Source: Tepidisphaerales bacterium (GTDB lineage Bacteria > Planctomycetota > Phycisphaerae > Tepidisphaerales > Tepidisphaeraceae). From it: a stretch of DNA of 40,501 nt. Both the position numbers and the translations under genes were made by a program. Each line of letters opens with the position of its first letter. Within the stretch, counting starts at the first letter, position 1. Location of the stretch: contig JBBSLV010000001.1 in the NCBI GenBank assembly GCA_038233535.1, positions 1 to 40,501 of the forward strand, written 5' to 3'. The notes under the pieces were generated by a model that saw nothing but the letters and a program-made list of their open reading frames with translations, searched no databases and was not told the DNA's origin. Positions 27,798 to 35,946 of this stretch are shown here, piece by piece.

Positions 27798-28202
27798 TCA
27801 GGGTGCTCGCAGTTCGGTCATGCGCCGCAGGAGCGGCGCGATCGCAGGGGCCCAGTCGGCCGCTTCGTCCGCCGGCGGGAGATCCCATGGGCTGACGTTG
27901 CCCAGGCGGTCGATCGTGCCGCGGACGATCACCTCCGGCCGGTCGTGCGGCATCTCGAGCAGCAGTCGGTGGACACGAAACTCGATCACCATCTCCCCGT
28001 ACCATGGCGACGATGACGCCGCGATCAGCGTCAGCGCCGGGGGTGGCTCGTTGCTCAGCAGATCCCGGCCGGTCACGTTCCGCATCGCCACCGGCGCGCC
28101 CGCCGCGGCGTGCAGCACCGTCGGCAGGACGTCGGCGTGCCCCGTCGGCTCGTCCACGTCACGCCGGGGGGTGCCCGCATCCACGATGAAGCACGGGACG
28201 CG
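27798..28202 (-). pseudogene. 5'-truncated sulfatase remnant (C-terminal third only)
   Basis: RVPCFIVDAG...GHADVLPTVLHAAAGAPV...GRDLL is the typical sulfatase C-terminal pattern (RVP.IV..PG ... D..PT.L..AG ... G.SL). No CxPxR or N-terminal domain lies upstream. Similarity stops at about 28203, where composition changes. Confidence 0.6.
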
Positions 28203-28212
28203 CGCTTGCGCG

Positions 28213-28713
28213 GTGATTGAGACTTGGCAGGGCCAGACGGTTTCCTTCTTCCGCCGCACCATTTGGCAGCAGCTTGGCAAGATCGTTCGGCTCGCGGAGC
28301 GTGGGGAAGTCTACGCCAGCGGCGTGAAAGACCATGCGACAGCGCTGCACGCGCAGTTCTCACGGGACGCAGCCGGGGCCGACGACTATTTGCCGATCCA
28401 AACGTACCTCGTGCCGACGCAACAGAAGATCAATCCCGTTGCCGCCGCGCTGGACCGCTTGAAGGGCATCTGCAAAAGCAGCGCTGAGTCATACCTCAGA
28501 ACACTTGCCGCCGAGCTTGAGCTAAGCGCCAGCAGCCCTACGCCGACGATCCTCACCGAGCTTGCAGCGCGGATGAACGCGAGCAGCGGGACCATCGCAC
28601 CGAGCGGCAAATTCTTCTCGTGGTTCCGCGACGAGTTCGCATTCACCAGCTTCCCGCAGGCCGAGCCGCCCGCGATCCCCGACTCGTTTATCACCACTAC
28701 CATCATCGCTTAG
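28213..28713 (+). CDS. Hypothetical protein (islet gene 1)
   Basis: High GC3 in this frame by hand inspection. GTG 28213 or ATG 28186 are possible starts. The stop lies 13 nt before the next gene, which has an AGGAG. No motif recognised. Confidence 0.45.
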   Translation: MIETWQGQTVSFFRRTIWQQLGKIVRLAERGEVYASGVKDHATALHAQFSRDAAGADDYLPIQTYLVPTQQKINPVAAALDRLKGICKSSAESYLRTLAAELELSASSPTPTILTELAARMNASSGTIAPSGKFFSWFRDEFAFTSFPQAEPPAIPDSFITTTIIA

Positions 28714-28726
28714 CGCAGGAGCACCA

Positions 28727-29246
28727 ATGCCAGCAGTCGGATTCAGCTTGGACGCGGCTCAGAGAATTGCCGCCGCCGTCCGCAAGGTCGAACGCCAGCC
28801 CATGGACCTCATAGGCGAGCGGACACACGCCGCGCCGAGTGAGGCGTCATGCTGGGGCTATCTCTTGTCAACCATCTTGGCGGGCACACATTGGAGTTGG
28901 CTCAAGCTCGTGCCCGCCGCGAAGCTGCCGAACGCCGAGGAGCCGTTCGCACCGACCGAATCAGAGCGACCGCTTTTCGACTTGGCATCCCCGACATTTT
29001 TCAGTGAGCACACAGCCCGCGAAGCGAACGGCAACGAGGCGATTGAGGCGGCACCGTCGTTCTGCTCACTTCATCGGCTACGACTCTGAGCAGGAGCCGG
29101 TGTACGTATTCCAGTACGGCGTGCCCCAGCCCGATCCGGGGCTAATCAGGCTTCACGACCACCGAGATAACGTCACAGGCCGCGGGTTCGCCTTCGCCTG
29201 CTATCACAGCGGCACCGGACTCCCGCAGCAACCGTGGCACGTCTGA
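28727..29246 (+). CDS. Hypothetical protein (islet gene 2); reading frame switches near 29055-29075
   Basis: ATG 28727 lies 5 nt after AGGAG. Frame A (MPAVGFSLDAAQRIAAAVRKVE...) stops at 29089. A second frame stays coding-like (FIGYDSEQEPVYVFQYGVPQPDPGLIRLHDH...) to 29246. Confidence 0.4.
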
Positions 29247-29278
29247 GCCCACGCCGACAATCTTGTTCCTTTACCCCC

Positions 29279-29326
29279 CCCCCGGCGACGTACCTCTCAC
29301 GCTCATGTTCGCCGGGGGTTTTGTTT
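29279..29326 (+). terminator. Hairpin plus T-run between the convergent islet genes
   Basis: cccccggcga (29279-29288) pairs with tcgccggggg (29309-29318) around a 20-nt loop, followed by ttttgttt. Confidence 0.5.
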
Positions 29327-29763
29327 CACGACTTCTTTTCAACGGGATAGACGCGGTGATGAGGATCCCACCAGACCACGAAGAAGGTTGAATCTTCTCG
29401 AAGCCCCCACAGTCGGCGCGTGCCCGACAACCGCAGTGAGAAAAGCTGATCCACATCGTCGAGTTTGATTGCCACGAGTCGATTCTTTGCCTCTTGCGGC
29501 AGGCGGCTGACGCTGATCCAGTGATTCATGCTGGCTTCGCGTTCGATTTCAGCCCAGGTTCGTCGCGAGTTGTCGCGGAGGTATTTTGTCCCTTCGAGGA
29601 ACAGATCATCTTCGTACGATCCATCCTCCTTCTTCCATGCGACCGAATCGAAAAGGGCAAAGTTCCAGATTGGCCGCGCAGTCTGAGCCAGCGCAGGAAC
29701 CAGCACGCGGGGCCGTTTGCGTGTATCGACCTGCTCAGCGATGCGCGGCTGTTTCCTGCCCAT
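29326..29763 (-). CDS. Unknown 145-aa protein translationally coupled to the Panacea-domain gene; candidate toxin (PanT-like)
   Basis: Its start codon overlaps the upstream stop (TGATG at 29761-29765). About 53% GC by hand count on one line. C-terminal LFSLRLSGTRRLWGLREDSTFFVVWWDPHHRVYP. I recognise no family. Confidence 0.6.
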   Translation of the reverse strand: MGRKQPRIAEQVDTRKRPRVLVPALAQTARPIWNFALFDSVAWKKEDGSYEDDLFLEGTKYLRDNSRRTWAEIEREASMNHWISVSRLPQEAKNRLVAIKLDDVDQLFSLRLSGTRRLWGLREDSTFFVVWWDPHHRVYPVEKKS

Positions 29764-30218
29764 CAGACCCCAGCAGCCGCAACGCCGCTGTAATACTCTT
29801 GCATTGAGGGGAGGGTGATTTCGTGGTTGCCCCGATCATCGGGAGCAAGCCCGACGCGAGCCTCTTGCCAAGGGCGTTCAGCGTGCGTGAGTTGGCTTAG
29901 CTCATAGCCTTCTTTGTGGCCGTAGAACTGGATGACCGAGTCGATGGTCTCGCGGGCATCCTGATCGAGGGCGGCAGGATTAGCTCGAAGGGAGCCGGGG
30001 GCGACATCGAACTGACCCCGGCGAGCCTCGTACAACTCGCGCACGACCGGCCCGCCAATCCACGCCTCGATCTTCTCGTGGAAGAGCGCGCGATCATCCC
30101 AAACCAGCGACCAAGCCTGGGCGTAGTAGACCACCTTTTGCAGCTTCATGGCCGACATCGGGCCAAGCCGCTGCAAGATGTAATCCGCCACGTCGAAAGC
30201 TGAGTAGTTCGTGGTCAT
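29763..30218 (-). CDS. Panacea-domain (DUF4065, SocA/GepA/PanA-like) antitoxin candidate
   Basis: ADYILQRLGPMSAMKLQKVVYYAQAWSLVWDDRALFHEKIEAWIGGPVVRELY matches the Panacea/DUF4065 core (KLQKLLYY...W..GPV...VY). ATG 30218 is preceded by GAGAGGAA. Confidence 0.8.
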   Translation of the reverse strand: MTTNYSAFDVADYILQRLGPMSAMKLQKVVYYAQAWSLVWDDRALFHEKIEAWIGGPVVRELYEARRGQFDVAPGSLRANPAALDQDARETIDSVIQFYGHKEGYELSQLTHAERPWQEARVGLAPDDRGNHEITLPSMQEYYSGVAAAGV

Positions 30219-30236
30219 CCGTTCCTCTCGCACCCC

Positions 30237-30267
30237 ATTATACGGTATTCATCGGGGCTTTGTTCAA
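30237..30267 (-). promoter_or_regulatory. Sigma-70-like promoter for the PanA operon (TTGAAC-N19-TATAAT)
   Basis: On the minus strand, TTGAAC is at 30267-30262 and TATAAT at 30242-30237. The -10 lies 18 nt upstream of ATG 30218. Confidence 0.45.
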
Positions 30268-30574
30268 GTCCGAGGAGCAAATCCGGTAATGAGGAAGGCC
30301 GCAGCCGAAGGCCACGGCCCGATTGCCCGCCTGCATCGTCGACGCTCACGCTCGCGGCGCCACGCTCCGGCAGTTCCGGCACCGCCAAACCTTCTGTGTC
30401 TTGCCGCCCATGCCGAGAGCACGTCAGGCGGACGGCACGAGCGGCAAGGCTCCTGCGGGGCGTTCTGAGCGACGAGGCGCGGCGGGAAGGATCATCGCAG
30501 CCCCGGCCAGGCACCGGGCGCGCCAGCGAGGCCAGCGAGCGATGCACAAACTCACTCGGTCTCAGTCGCATTGC

Positions 30575-30650
30575 CCGCAAAGTCAGTCGGTTTGTCCGCA
30601 AAGTCAGTCGGTTTGTCCGCAAAGTCAGTCGGGCGACTGTCCGCAAACTG
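30575..30650. repeat. Tandem 21-bp repeat (ccgcaaagtcagtcggtttgt), about 3.5 copies
   Basis: Copies at 30575-30595 and 30596-30616 are identical. 30617-30637 diverges at its 3' end. A partial copy lies at 30641-30650. The array is about 80 nt from the tRNA 3' end. Confidence 0.88.
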
Positions 30651-30728
30651 CGGCCGAGCGGCGAAAAACGGCACCAAAAACAGACGGCCCTCGCCGGTGA
30701 GGCAAAGGGCCGTAAGTGCTTGAGCAAG

Positions 30729-30802
30729 TGGGCGATAAGGGACTTGAACCCCTGACCTTTCGGGTGTGATCCGAACGCTCTAGCCAACTGAGCTAATCGC
30801 CC
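30729..30802 (-). tRNA. tRNA-Val (anticodon CAC)
   Basis: Hand-folded cloverleaf: acceptor GGGCGAT/ATCGCCC, D-arm GCTC/GAGC, anticodon stem TTCGG/CCGAA with loop AT-CAC-AC, T-arm AGGGG-TTCAAGT-CCCTT, discriminator A. No CCA is encoded. Confidence 0.9.
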
Positions 30803-30815
30803 ATCGAGTCCATCA

Positions 30816-30862
30816 GGTGTGATCCGTGCGCTGTGGCCAACTGAGCTAATCGCCCATCGAGG
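30816..30862 (-). pseudogene. Duplicated 5' half of tRNA-Val (acceptor 5' strand to anticodon loop) plus 7 nt of upstream flank
   Basis: 30816-30862 matches 30763-30809 at 43 of 47 positions (offset 53 nt). The copy ends in the anticodon loop and has no 3' half. Confidence 0.75.
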
Positions 30863-30889
30863 TAAATCTACGGGGCGGGAGAGCAGAAA

Positions 30890-32113
30890 TCAACCGCGGC
30901 GGGCGGTGAATGTTCTCACGATGCGGGCGGTGGTCTCGGTCAGGAGACCGGCGGCGGTGCGGAGAGATTCTTCCAGCGTGATCGGGCCGGGGCAGATGGG
31001 GAAGGCGGCGGTAAGACCTTCGGCTAACGCGCGCTCGTGGCCGGGGGCGAGCGCGCCGGTCAGGGCGATGCAGGGGACGTTCAGTTCCTTGCAGATGCGG
31101 GCGACGGAGACGGCGGTCTTTCCGCCGAGGGATTGGGCGTCGAGCTTGCCTTCCCCGGTGAGGCAGAGGTCGGCGTCTTTCAGCCGATCAGGGAGGTGGG
31201 TGGCTTCCATGACGATGGCGGCGCCGGGGCGGAGGGTGGCGGCGAAGAAGGCCATCATGCCGAAGCCCAGCCCCCCGGCGGCGCCGGCGCCGGGAGCGTC
31301 GGCGAGGGGCGTGCGCGACAGCTTCTCGGCGAGTTGGCGCAACCCGTCATCAAGTTCGGTCGTCTGCTCGGACGTCGCGCCCTTCTGTGGTCCGAAGACG
31401 GCGGCGGCGCCGTCGGGGCCGACGAGGGGATTGCCGACGTCGCACGCGATAAGAAAATCGATCCCGCGCGTGTTCAGCAGCGGCTCGTACTCCCGAACGC
31501 CGGCGGCGAACGTTGCATTGCCGAGGAGTCTGGAGTCCGGTTGCGCGAGTGGGTTCAACGCGTCCGGCGAGTCGAAGCGAAGGAAGTGTTTGAGATCGCC
31601 GCCGGTGAGGCGGCGGTCGCCGGCGGAGTAGCTCCGTCCGGTTTTGAGGACGAATCGCGCGCCCCACGCCTGGGCCGCGCCGATCCCGCCGTCGATGGTG
31701 GCGCTGCCCCCGATACCGAGGATGATGCGTTTCACCCCGATCTCGGCGGCGGCGAGGAGGAGCTCGCCGGTGCCGTAGGTCGTGGTGCGCACCGGGTCGT
31801 ATTGATCGGGACGGAGCAGATGAAGCCCGCTGGCGGCGGCCATCTCGATGACGGCGGTGGCGCCTTCGTCGAGGATGCCGATGGGCGCGTCGACCTTGGT
31901 GCCCGGGAGCGGGCCGGTGACGCGGCGGGTGACGATGCGCCCCCCGGTCGCGGCGACGAGGGCGTCGACGGTGCCTTCCCCGCCATCGGCCATGGGGCAG
32001 ACGTCGATCGTGATGGAAGGGTCGACGGAGCGGATGCCGGCGGCCATCGCCTCGCAGACGTCGGCGGCGGAGAGGCAGCCTTTGAACTTGTCGGGGGCGA
32101 GGACGATTTTCAT
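30890..32113 (-). CDS. Glycerate kinase
   Basis: MKIVLAPDKFKGCLSA start, GIGGSATIDGGIG, and CLTGEGKLDAQSLGGKT are typical glycerate kinase blocks. Start at ATG 32113. Confidence 0.88.
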   Translation of the reverse strand: MKIVLAPDKFKGCLSAADVCEAMAAGIRSVDPSITIDVCPMADGGEGTVDALVAATGGRIVTRRVTGPLPGTKVDAPIGILDEGATAVIEMAAASGLHLLRPDQYDPVRTTTYGTGELLLAAAEIGVKRIILGIGGSATIDGGIGAAQAWGARFVLKTGRSYSAGDRRLTGGDLKHFLRFDSPDALNPLAQPDSRLLGNATFAAGVREYEPLLNTRGIDFLIACDVGNPLVGPDGAAAVFGPQKGATSEQTTELDDGLRQLAEKLSRTPLADAPGAGAAGGLGFGMMAFFAATLRPGAAIVMEATHLPDRLKDADLCLTGEGKLDAQSLGGKTAVSVARICKELNVPCIALTGALAPGHERALAEGLTAAFPICPGPITLEESLRTAAGLLTETTARIVRTFTARRG

Positions 32114-32490
32114 CTGCGTCGGAGAGTAACCGGATCGGGGGTGAGACGGGATAGGCGCCTCTACGCGGTTTACGACGCCAAAATCCCCGGGACTTCGCTC
32201 CGGTCGCAAAGCTCCCCGTGCTACGCCCCGGAGCGTAGCGCAGCGGAGTCCGGGGATGTCGGGAAGGATCTCCACGGATCAGTCCCGCTCACGCGCCCAT
32301 GCCCGCTCCTGTCAAAAATGCAGTCGGGTGCGCCGATGTACGTGGGTTGGCAGTGATCGGAATGCAGCTATTCAATGGCCTGCTGCTAGTCTCTGTCAGC
32401 ACAAGGCTTACAAGCAGATGCATCGAGGCGACTGGTCCGGTATTTGCAAAACTCCGCTTCGGGGCGCAGCCCGCATTGCTGGAGGTCTCC

Positions 32491-35130
32491 ATGCGATTCG
32501 ACAAGTTCACCATCAAAGCGCAGGAAGCCGTCGTTCGGGCTCAGGAACTGGCTCAGCAGCGGGATCATTCGGAGGTTCTGCCGCTGCACCTGCTCGCGGC
32601 GTTGCTCGCGGAGAAGGAAGGCGTTGTCCTGCCGCTGATCCAGAAGATCGGCGTGGATCCCGCGCGCATCGGCGCGGCCGTGGGGTTGCAGCTCGATGCG
32701 CTGCCGCGCGCAACCGGCACGCAGACGGGCATGGCGCGCACCACGCAGGACGTGTTCTCCCAAGCGCAGAAGGAGGCGGATCGTCTGAAGGACGAGTACG
32801 TCTCGACCGAGCACCTGCTGCTCGGCCTGACGAAAGCAAAGAGCGAGACGCAGGCGCTGCTCACTGGCGAAGGATTGTCGCATGACGCGATCCTCGCGGC
32901 GCTGAAGGATATCCGCGGCGGACAGCGCGTGACCGATCAGAACCCCGAGGACAAGTACCAGGCGCTGAAGCGTTACGGGCGCGACCTCGTCGAGATGGCG
33001 CAGCAGGGCAAGCTGGATCCGGTCATCGGGCGCGACGAGGAGATCCGCCGCGTGATGCAGGTTCTGGCGCGTCGCACGAAGAACAACCCCGTGCTCATCG
33101 GGGAGCCGGGCGTCGGTAAGACGGCGATCGTTGAAGGGCTGGCCGTGCGCATGGCCAACGGCGACGTGCCGGCGGTGCTTCAGAACAAGCGCGTCATCGC
33201 GCTGGACATGGGCGCGCTGATCGCCGGCGCCAAGTACCGCGGCGAATTTGAGGATCGGCTGAAAGCGGTCATCAAGGAAGTGACGGAGAGCGACGGCAGG
33301 ATCATCCTGTTCATCGACGAGCTGCACACCGTCGTCGGCGCCGGCAAGGCCGAGGGGTCGATGGACGCAGGGAACCTGCTCAAGCCCGCCCTGGCGCGCG
33401 GCGAACTGCGCACGATCGGCGCCACGACGCTCGATGAGTACCGCAAACACATCGAGAAGGACGCGGCCCTGGAGCGCCGCTTCCAGCCGACATTCGTCGG
33501 CCAGCCCAGCGTCGAGGACACGATCGCCATCCTCCGCGGCTTGAAACCGCGCTACGAGACGCACCACGGGGTGCGCATCACCGACAGCGCGATCGTCGCC
33601 GCCGCCACGCTGAGTGACCGGTACATCACCGATCGGTTCCTGCCCGACAAGGCGATTGATCTGATCGACGAGGCCGCGTCGCGGCTGCGCATTGAAAACG
33701 AATCGATGCCCGCCGAGCTGGATGAAATCCGCCGGCGGACGATGCAGCTCCAGATCGAAACCGAAGCCCTTCGCAAGGAGAAAGACCCCGGCTCCCGCCA
33801 GCAGTCGGAGAAGGCCGAGCGCGAACTGGCGGACCTTCAGGAGCGCAACAGCGCGCTGACGGCCCGCTGGGAGGGCGAAAAGGGGGCGATGGACACGGTC
33901 AAGAACATCCAGGCCGAGCGCGATCGGTTGCAGACGCAGCTCGAGCAGGCGCAGCGGCAGGGCAATTGGGAGGCGGCGGCGCGCATTCAATACGGCGAGA
34001 TGCGCGACCTCGAACGGCGCTTCGCCGAGGCTGAGAACCGCGTCCGCCAGATCGGGCAGGACGGTAAGGCGCTGGTGAAGGACGAGGTCACGCCGGAGGA
34101 AATCGCGGACGTCGTGTCACGGTGGACGGGCGTGCCGGTGACGCGCATGCTCGAAGGCGAGCGCGAGAAGCTCATGCACATGGAGGAGCGCTTAGCTGCG
34201 CGCGTGATCGGGCAGATGGATGCGGTGACGGCTGTCTCGAATGCCGTCCGCCGCAACCGCGCGGGGTTGGGCGACCCGAACCGCCCGATCGGCTCGTTCA
34301 TGTTCCTCGGCCCCACGGGCGTGGGCAAAACCGAGCTGACCCGCGCGCTGGCGGAGTTTTTGTTCGACGACGAGAACGCGATGGTCCGCATCGACATGAG
34401 CGAGTTTATGGAGCAGCATTCCGTGGCCCGGCTCATCGGCGCCCCGCCCGGCTATGTCGGGTACGAAGAGGGCGGTCGATTGACCGAAGCGGTCCGGCGT
34501 CGCCCGTACGCGGTCGTGTTGTTCGACGAGATCGAGAAAGCCCACCGCGACGTGTTCAACGTCCTGCTCCAGGTGCTCGACGACGGCCGGCTGACCGACG
34601 GGCAGGGCCGGACGGTGAATTTCAAGAACACCGTCATCGTGATGACGAGCAACCTCGGCTCCGACCGCATCCAGGCGATGACCAACCAAGGCGCGACCGA
34701 CGGAGAGGTGGAGGCGGCCGTCAAGGATCTGCTGAAGGGGCAGTTCCGACCGGAGTTCCTCAACCGGGTCGATGAGATGATCGTCTTCCACCCGCTGCGC
34801 AGGGAGCAGTTGACGCTCATCGCGGACGTGCAGTTGGAAAACCTGCGCAAGCGCCTTTCGCAGCGCGGGCTGAAGCTGGAGATGACGGACGAGGCCAGGC
34901 AACTTCTCGCCGATGAAGGTTACGACCCGGCGCTGGGCGCCCGCCCGCTGAAGCGCGTGATCCAGCAGCGGCTGGAGAACCCGCTCGCCCAGCGCATCCT
35001 CGCCGGAGGTTTCAAGGAGGGTGACACGATCGACGTCGACGTGGACGCTGCGAAGCAGGATTTCACGTTCGCGACGGGACGTGAGACCGTGCAGGCGGAG
35101 TTGGTGGGAACAACCGGACTAGGAAGTTAA
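32491..35130 (+). CDS. clpB: ClpB disaggregase (AAA+ chaperone)
   Basis: Clp_N start [17 protein letters not shown]1 Walker [16 protein letters not shown], long coiled-coil middle domain, NBD2 Walker [17 protein letters not shown]. Start at ATG 32491. Confidence 0.95.
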   Translation: MRFDKFTIKAQEAVVRAQELAQQRDHSEVLPLHLLAALLAEKEGVVLPLIQKIGVDPARIGAAVGLQLDALPRATGTQTGMARTTQDVFSQAQKEADRLKDEYVSTEHLLLGLTKAKSETQALLTGEGLSHDAILAALKDIRGGQRVTDQNPEDKYQALKRYGRDLVEMAQQGKLDPVIGRDEEIRRVMQVLARRTKNNPVLIGEPGVGKTAIVEGLAVRMANGDVPAVLQNKRVIALDMGALIAGAKYRGEFEDRLKAVIKEVTESDGRIILFIDELHTVVGAGKAEGSMDAGNLLKPALARGELRTIGATTLDEYRKHIEKDAALERRFQPTFVGQPSVEDTIAILRGLKPRYETHHGVRITDSAIVAAATLSDRYITDRFLPDKAIDLIDEAASRLRIENESMPAELDEIRRRTMQLQIETEALRKEKDPGSRQQSEKAERELADLQERNSALTARWEGEKGAMDTVKNIQAERDRLQTQLEQAQRQGNWEAAARIQYGEMRDLERRFAEAENRVRQIGQDGKALVKDEVTPEEIADVVSRWTGVPVTRMLEGEREKLMHMEERLAARVIGQMDAVTAVSNAVRRNRAGLGDPNRPIGSFMFLGPTGVGKTELTRALAEFLFDDENAMVRIDMSEFMEQHSVARLIGAPPGYVGYEEGGRLTEAVRRRPYAVVLFDEIEKAHRDVFNVLLQVLDDGRLTDGQGRTVNFKNTVIVMTSNLGSDRIQAMTNQGATDGEVEAAVKDLLKGQFRPEFLNRVDEMIVFHPLRREQLTLIADVQLENLRKRLSQRGLKLEMTDEARQLLADEGYDPALGARPLKRVIQQRLENPLAQRILAGGFKEGDTIDVDVDAAKQDFTFATGRETVQAELVGTTGLGS

Positions 35131-35227
35131 CCGGGGATGAACGCAGATGAACGCGGATAATTGAGGACGCGGAGCAGATTCATAACTTTTTGGACGATTC
35201 GGCGTTCATCCGCGTTCATCCGCGGTT
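35129..35227. repeat. Long hairpin of the GATGAACGC(A/G) family (about 24/27 bp paired, about 42-nt loop) between convergent clpB and the Nudix gene
   Basis: 35129-35158 pairs with 35201-35227. The left arm overlaps the clpB stop codon. The right arm encodes the last 7 codons (LTADERG) and the stop of the Nudix gene. Confidence 0.85.
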
Positions 35228-35640
35228 AGCCATCTCTTCCGCTTCGCAGCGAAGTACGCGATGATCTCGTCGAGCAGCGTGTCGTTGGCGGGTGGGAATT
35301 TGAACGCTCTTACGCGCGGCGGGTCGATCCATTCCATCGCCTGACATTCGATCGCGCGCGGTTCGGCGCCTTCCTCGAGTTCGCAGACGAAGGGGAATAG
35401 CCGGATTCGCGCGTGCGAGTAGGCGTGCTCGATCGGCGTGAGCTGCGCGAGGGGCTTGGCGCGGATGGCGAGTTCTTCCATCAGCTCGCGCGCCAGGCAG
35501 TCGTGGAGCGACTCGCCGGTTTCGCGCTTTCCGCCGGGGAACTCCCAGCAGCCGCCGAAGGGGTCGGTCTCGCGGCGCCGGCAGACGAGGATGCGCCCGC
35601 CGCGCGTGATGACCGCGATGGCGGCGTCGATCTGCTTCAT
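35206..35640 (-). CDS. Nudix hydrolase (MutT-like)
   Basis: Nudix box GGKRETGESLHDCLARELMEELAI (Gx5Ex7REUxEExGU). Start at ATG 35640 (MKQIDAAIAV). Confidence 0.85.
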   Translation of the reverse strand: MKQIDAAIAVITRGGRILVCRRRETDPFGGCWEFPGGKRETGESLHDCLARELMEELAIRAKPLAQLTPIEHAYSHARIRLFPFVCELEEGAEPRAIECQAMEWIDPPRVRAFKFPPANDTLLDEIIAYFAAKRKRWLTADERG

Positions 35641-35844
35641 GGGACGGCTCCAGAATCGGTCGTGAAGCGCCGAGTGTAGCGGTCGGGAAATGCGTGGAGA
35701 AATGAGGGCGCGCGCCGCGTCATTTCCGCGTGCGAAACGCGCCGCAAGCGAGGCAGCCCGGACGAATCGTCGCATGTCCGTAAGCCACTGTCAAAAAACG
35801 GGTTGTAGGCGTAATGCGAATTCATTTTGCTGCGAATCTCTCGA

Positions 35845-35874
35845 TTGACACTGCATATGGGCAAAGGTTATAGT
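35845..35874 (+). promoter_or_regulatory. Sigma-70-like promoter (TTGACA-N18-TATAGT) with no CDS immediately downstream
   Basis: TTGACA at 35845-35850 and TATAGT at 35869-35874, read directly. Confidence 0.5.
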
Positions 35875-35946
35875 CGCCGCCGTTGTAGTCGTGATCATCG
35901 GGCCACGACCTTCCATCTGACATTTGCGGCTTTTCAGCCGTGGCGC

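Noticed and set aside
28386-28706. Minus-strand ORF 28386..28706 as the missing N-terminal part of the truncated sulfatase.
   Set aside because: It has no CxPxR or DDxG motif, the spacing to the C-terminal remnant is far too short for a sulfatase, and the plus-strand frame has better codon bias.
27751-28713. Track ORF 27751..28713(+) as one 320-aa protein.
   Set aside because: Its first half is antisense to the sulfatase remnant and is R/S/G-rich. Only the part downstream of about 28186-28213 has coding-like composition, so the CDS was trimmed.
30215-30787. Track ORF 30215..30787(-) and the plus-strand ORFs 30323..30700 and 30396..30755.
   Set aside because: They run through the tRNA-Val gene and the 21-bp repeat (LTLRTNR x 3, CPQSQSV x 3). 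They are repeat or tRNA read-through, not protein.
28203-30862. An integrase, excisionase or transposase in or next to the tRNA-linked islet.
   Set aside because: Every ORF of at least 60 aa in the region was read in all frames. None shows tyrosine-recombinase (R..H..R..Y), serine-recombinase or DDE features.
32114-32490. A heat-shock (sigma-32 or CIRCE/HAIR-type) control element upstream of clpB.
   Set aside because: No inverted repeat or CTTGAAA...CCCCAT-like promoter could be identified convincingly by eye.
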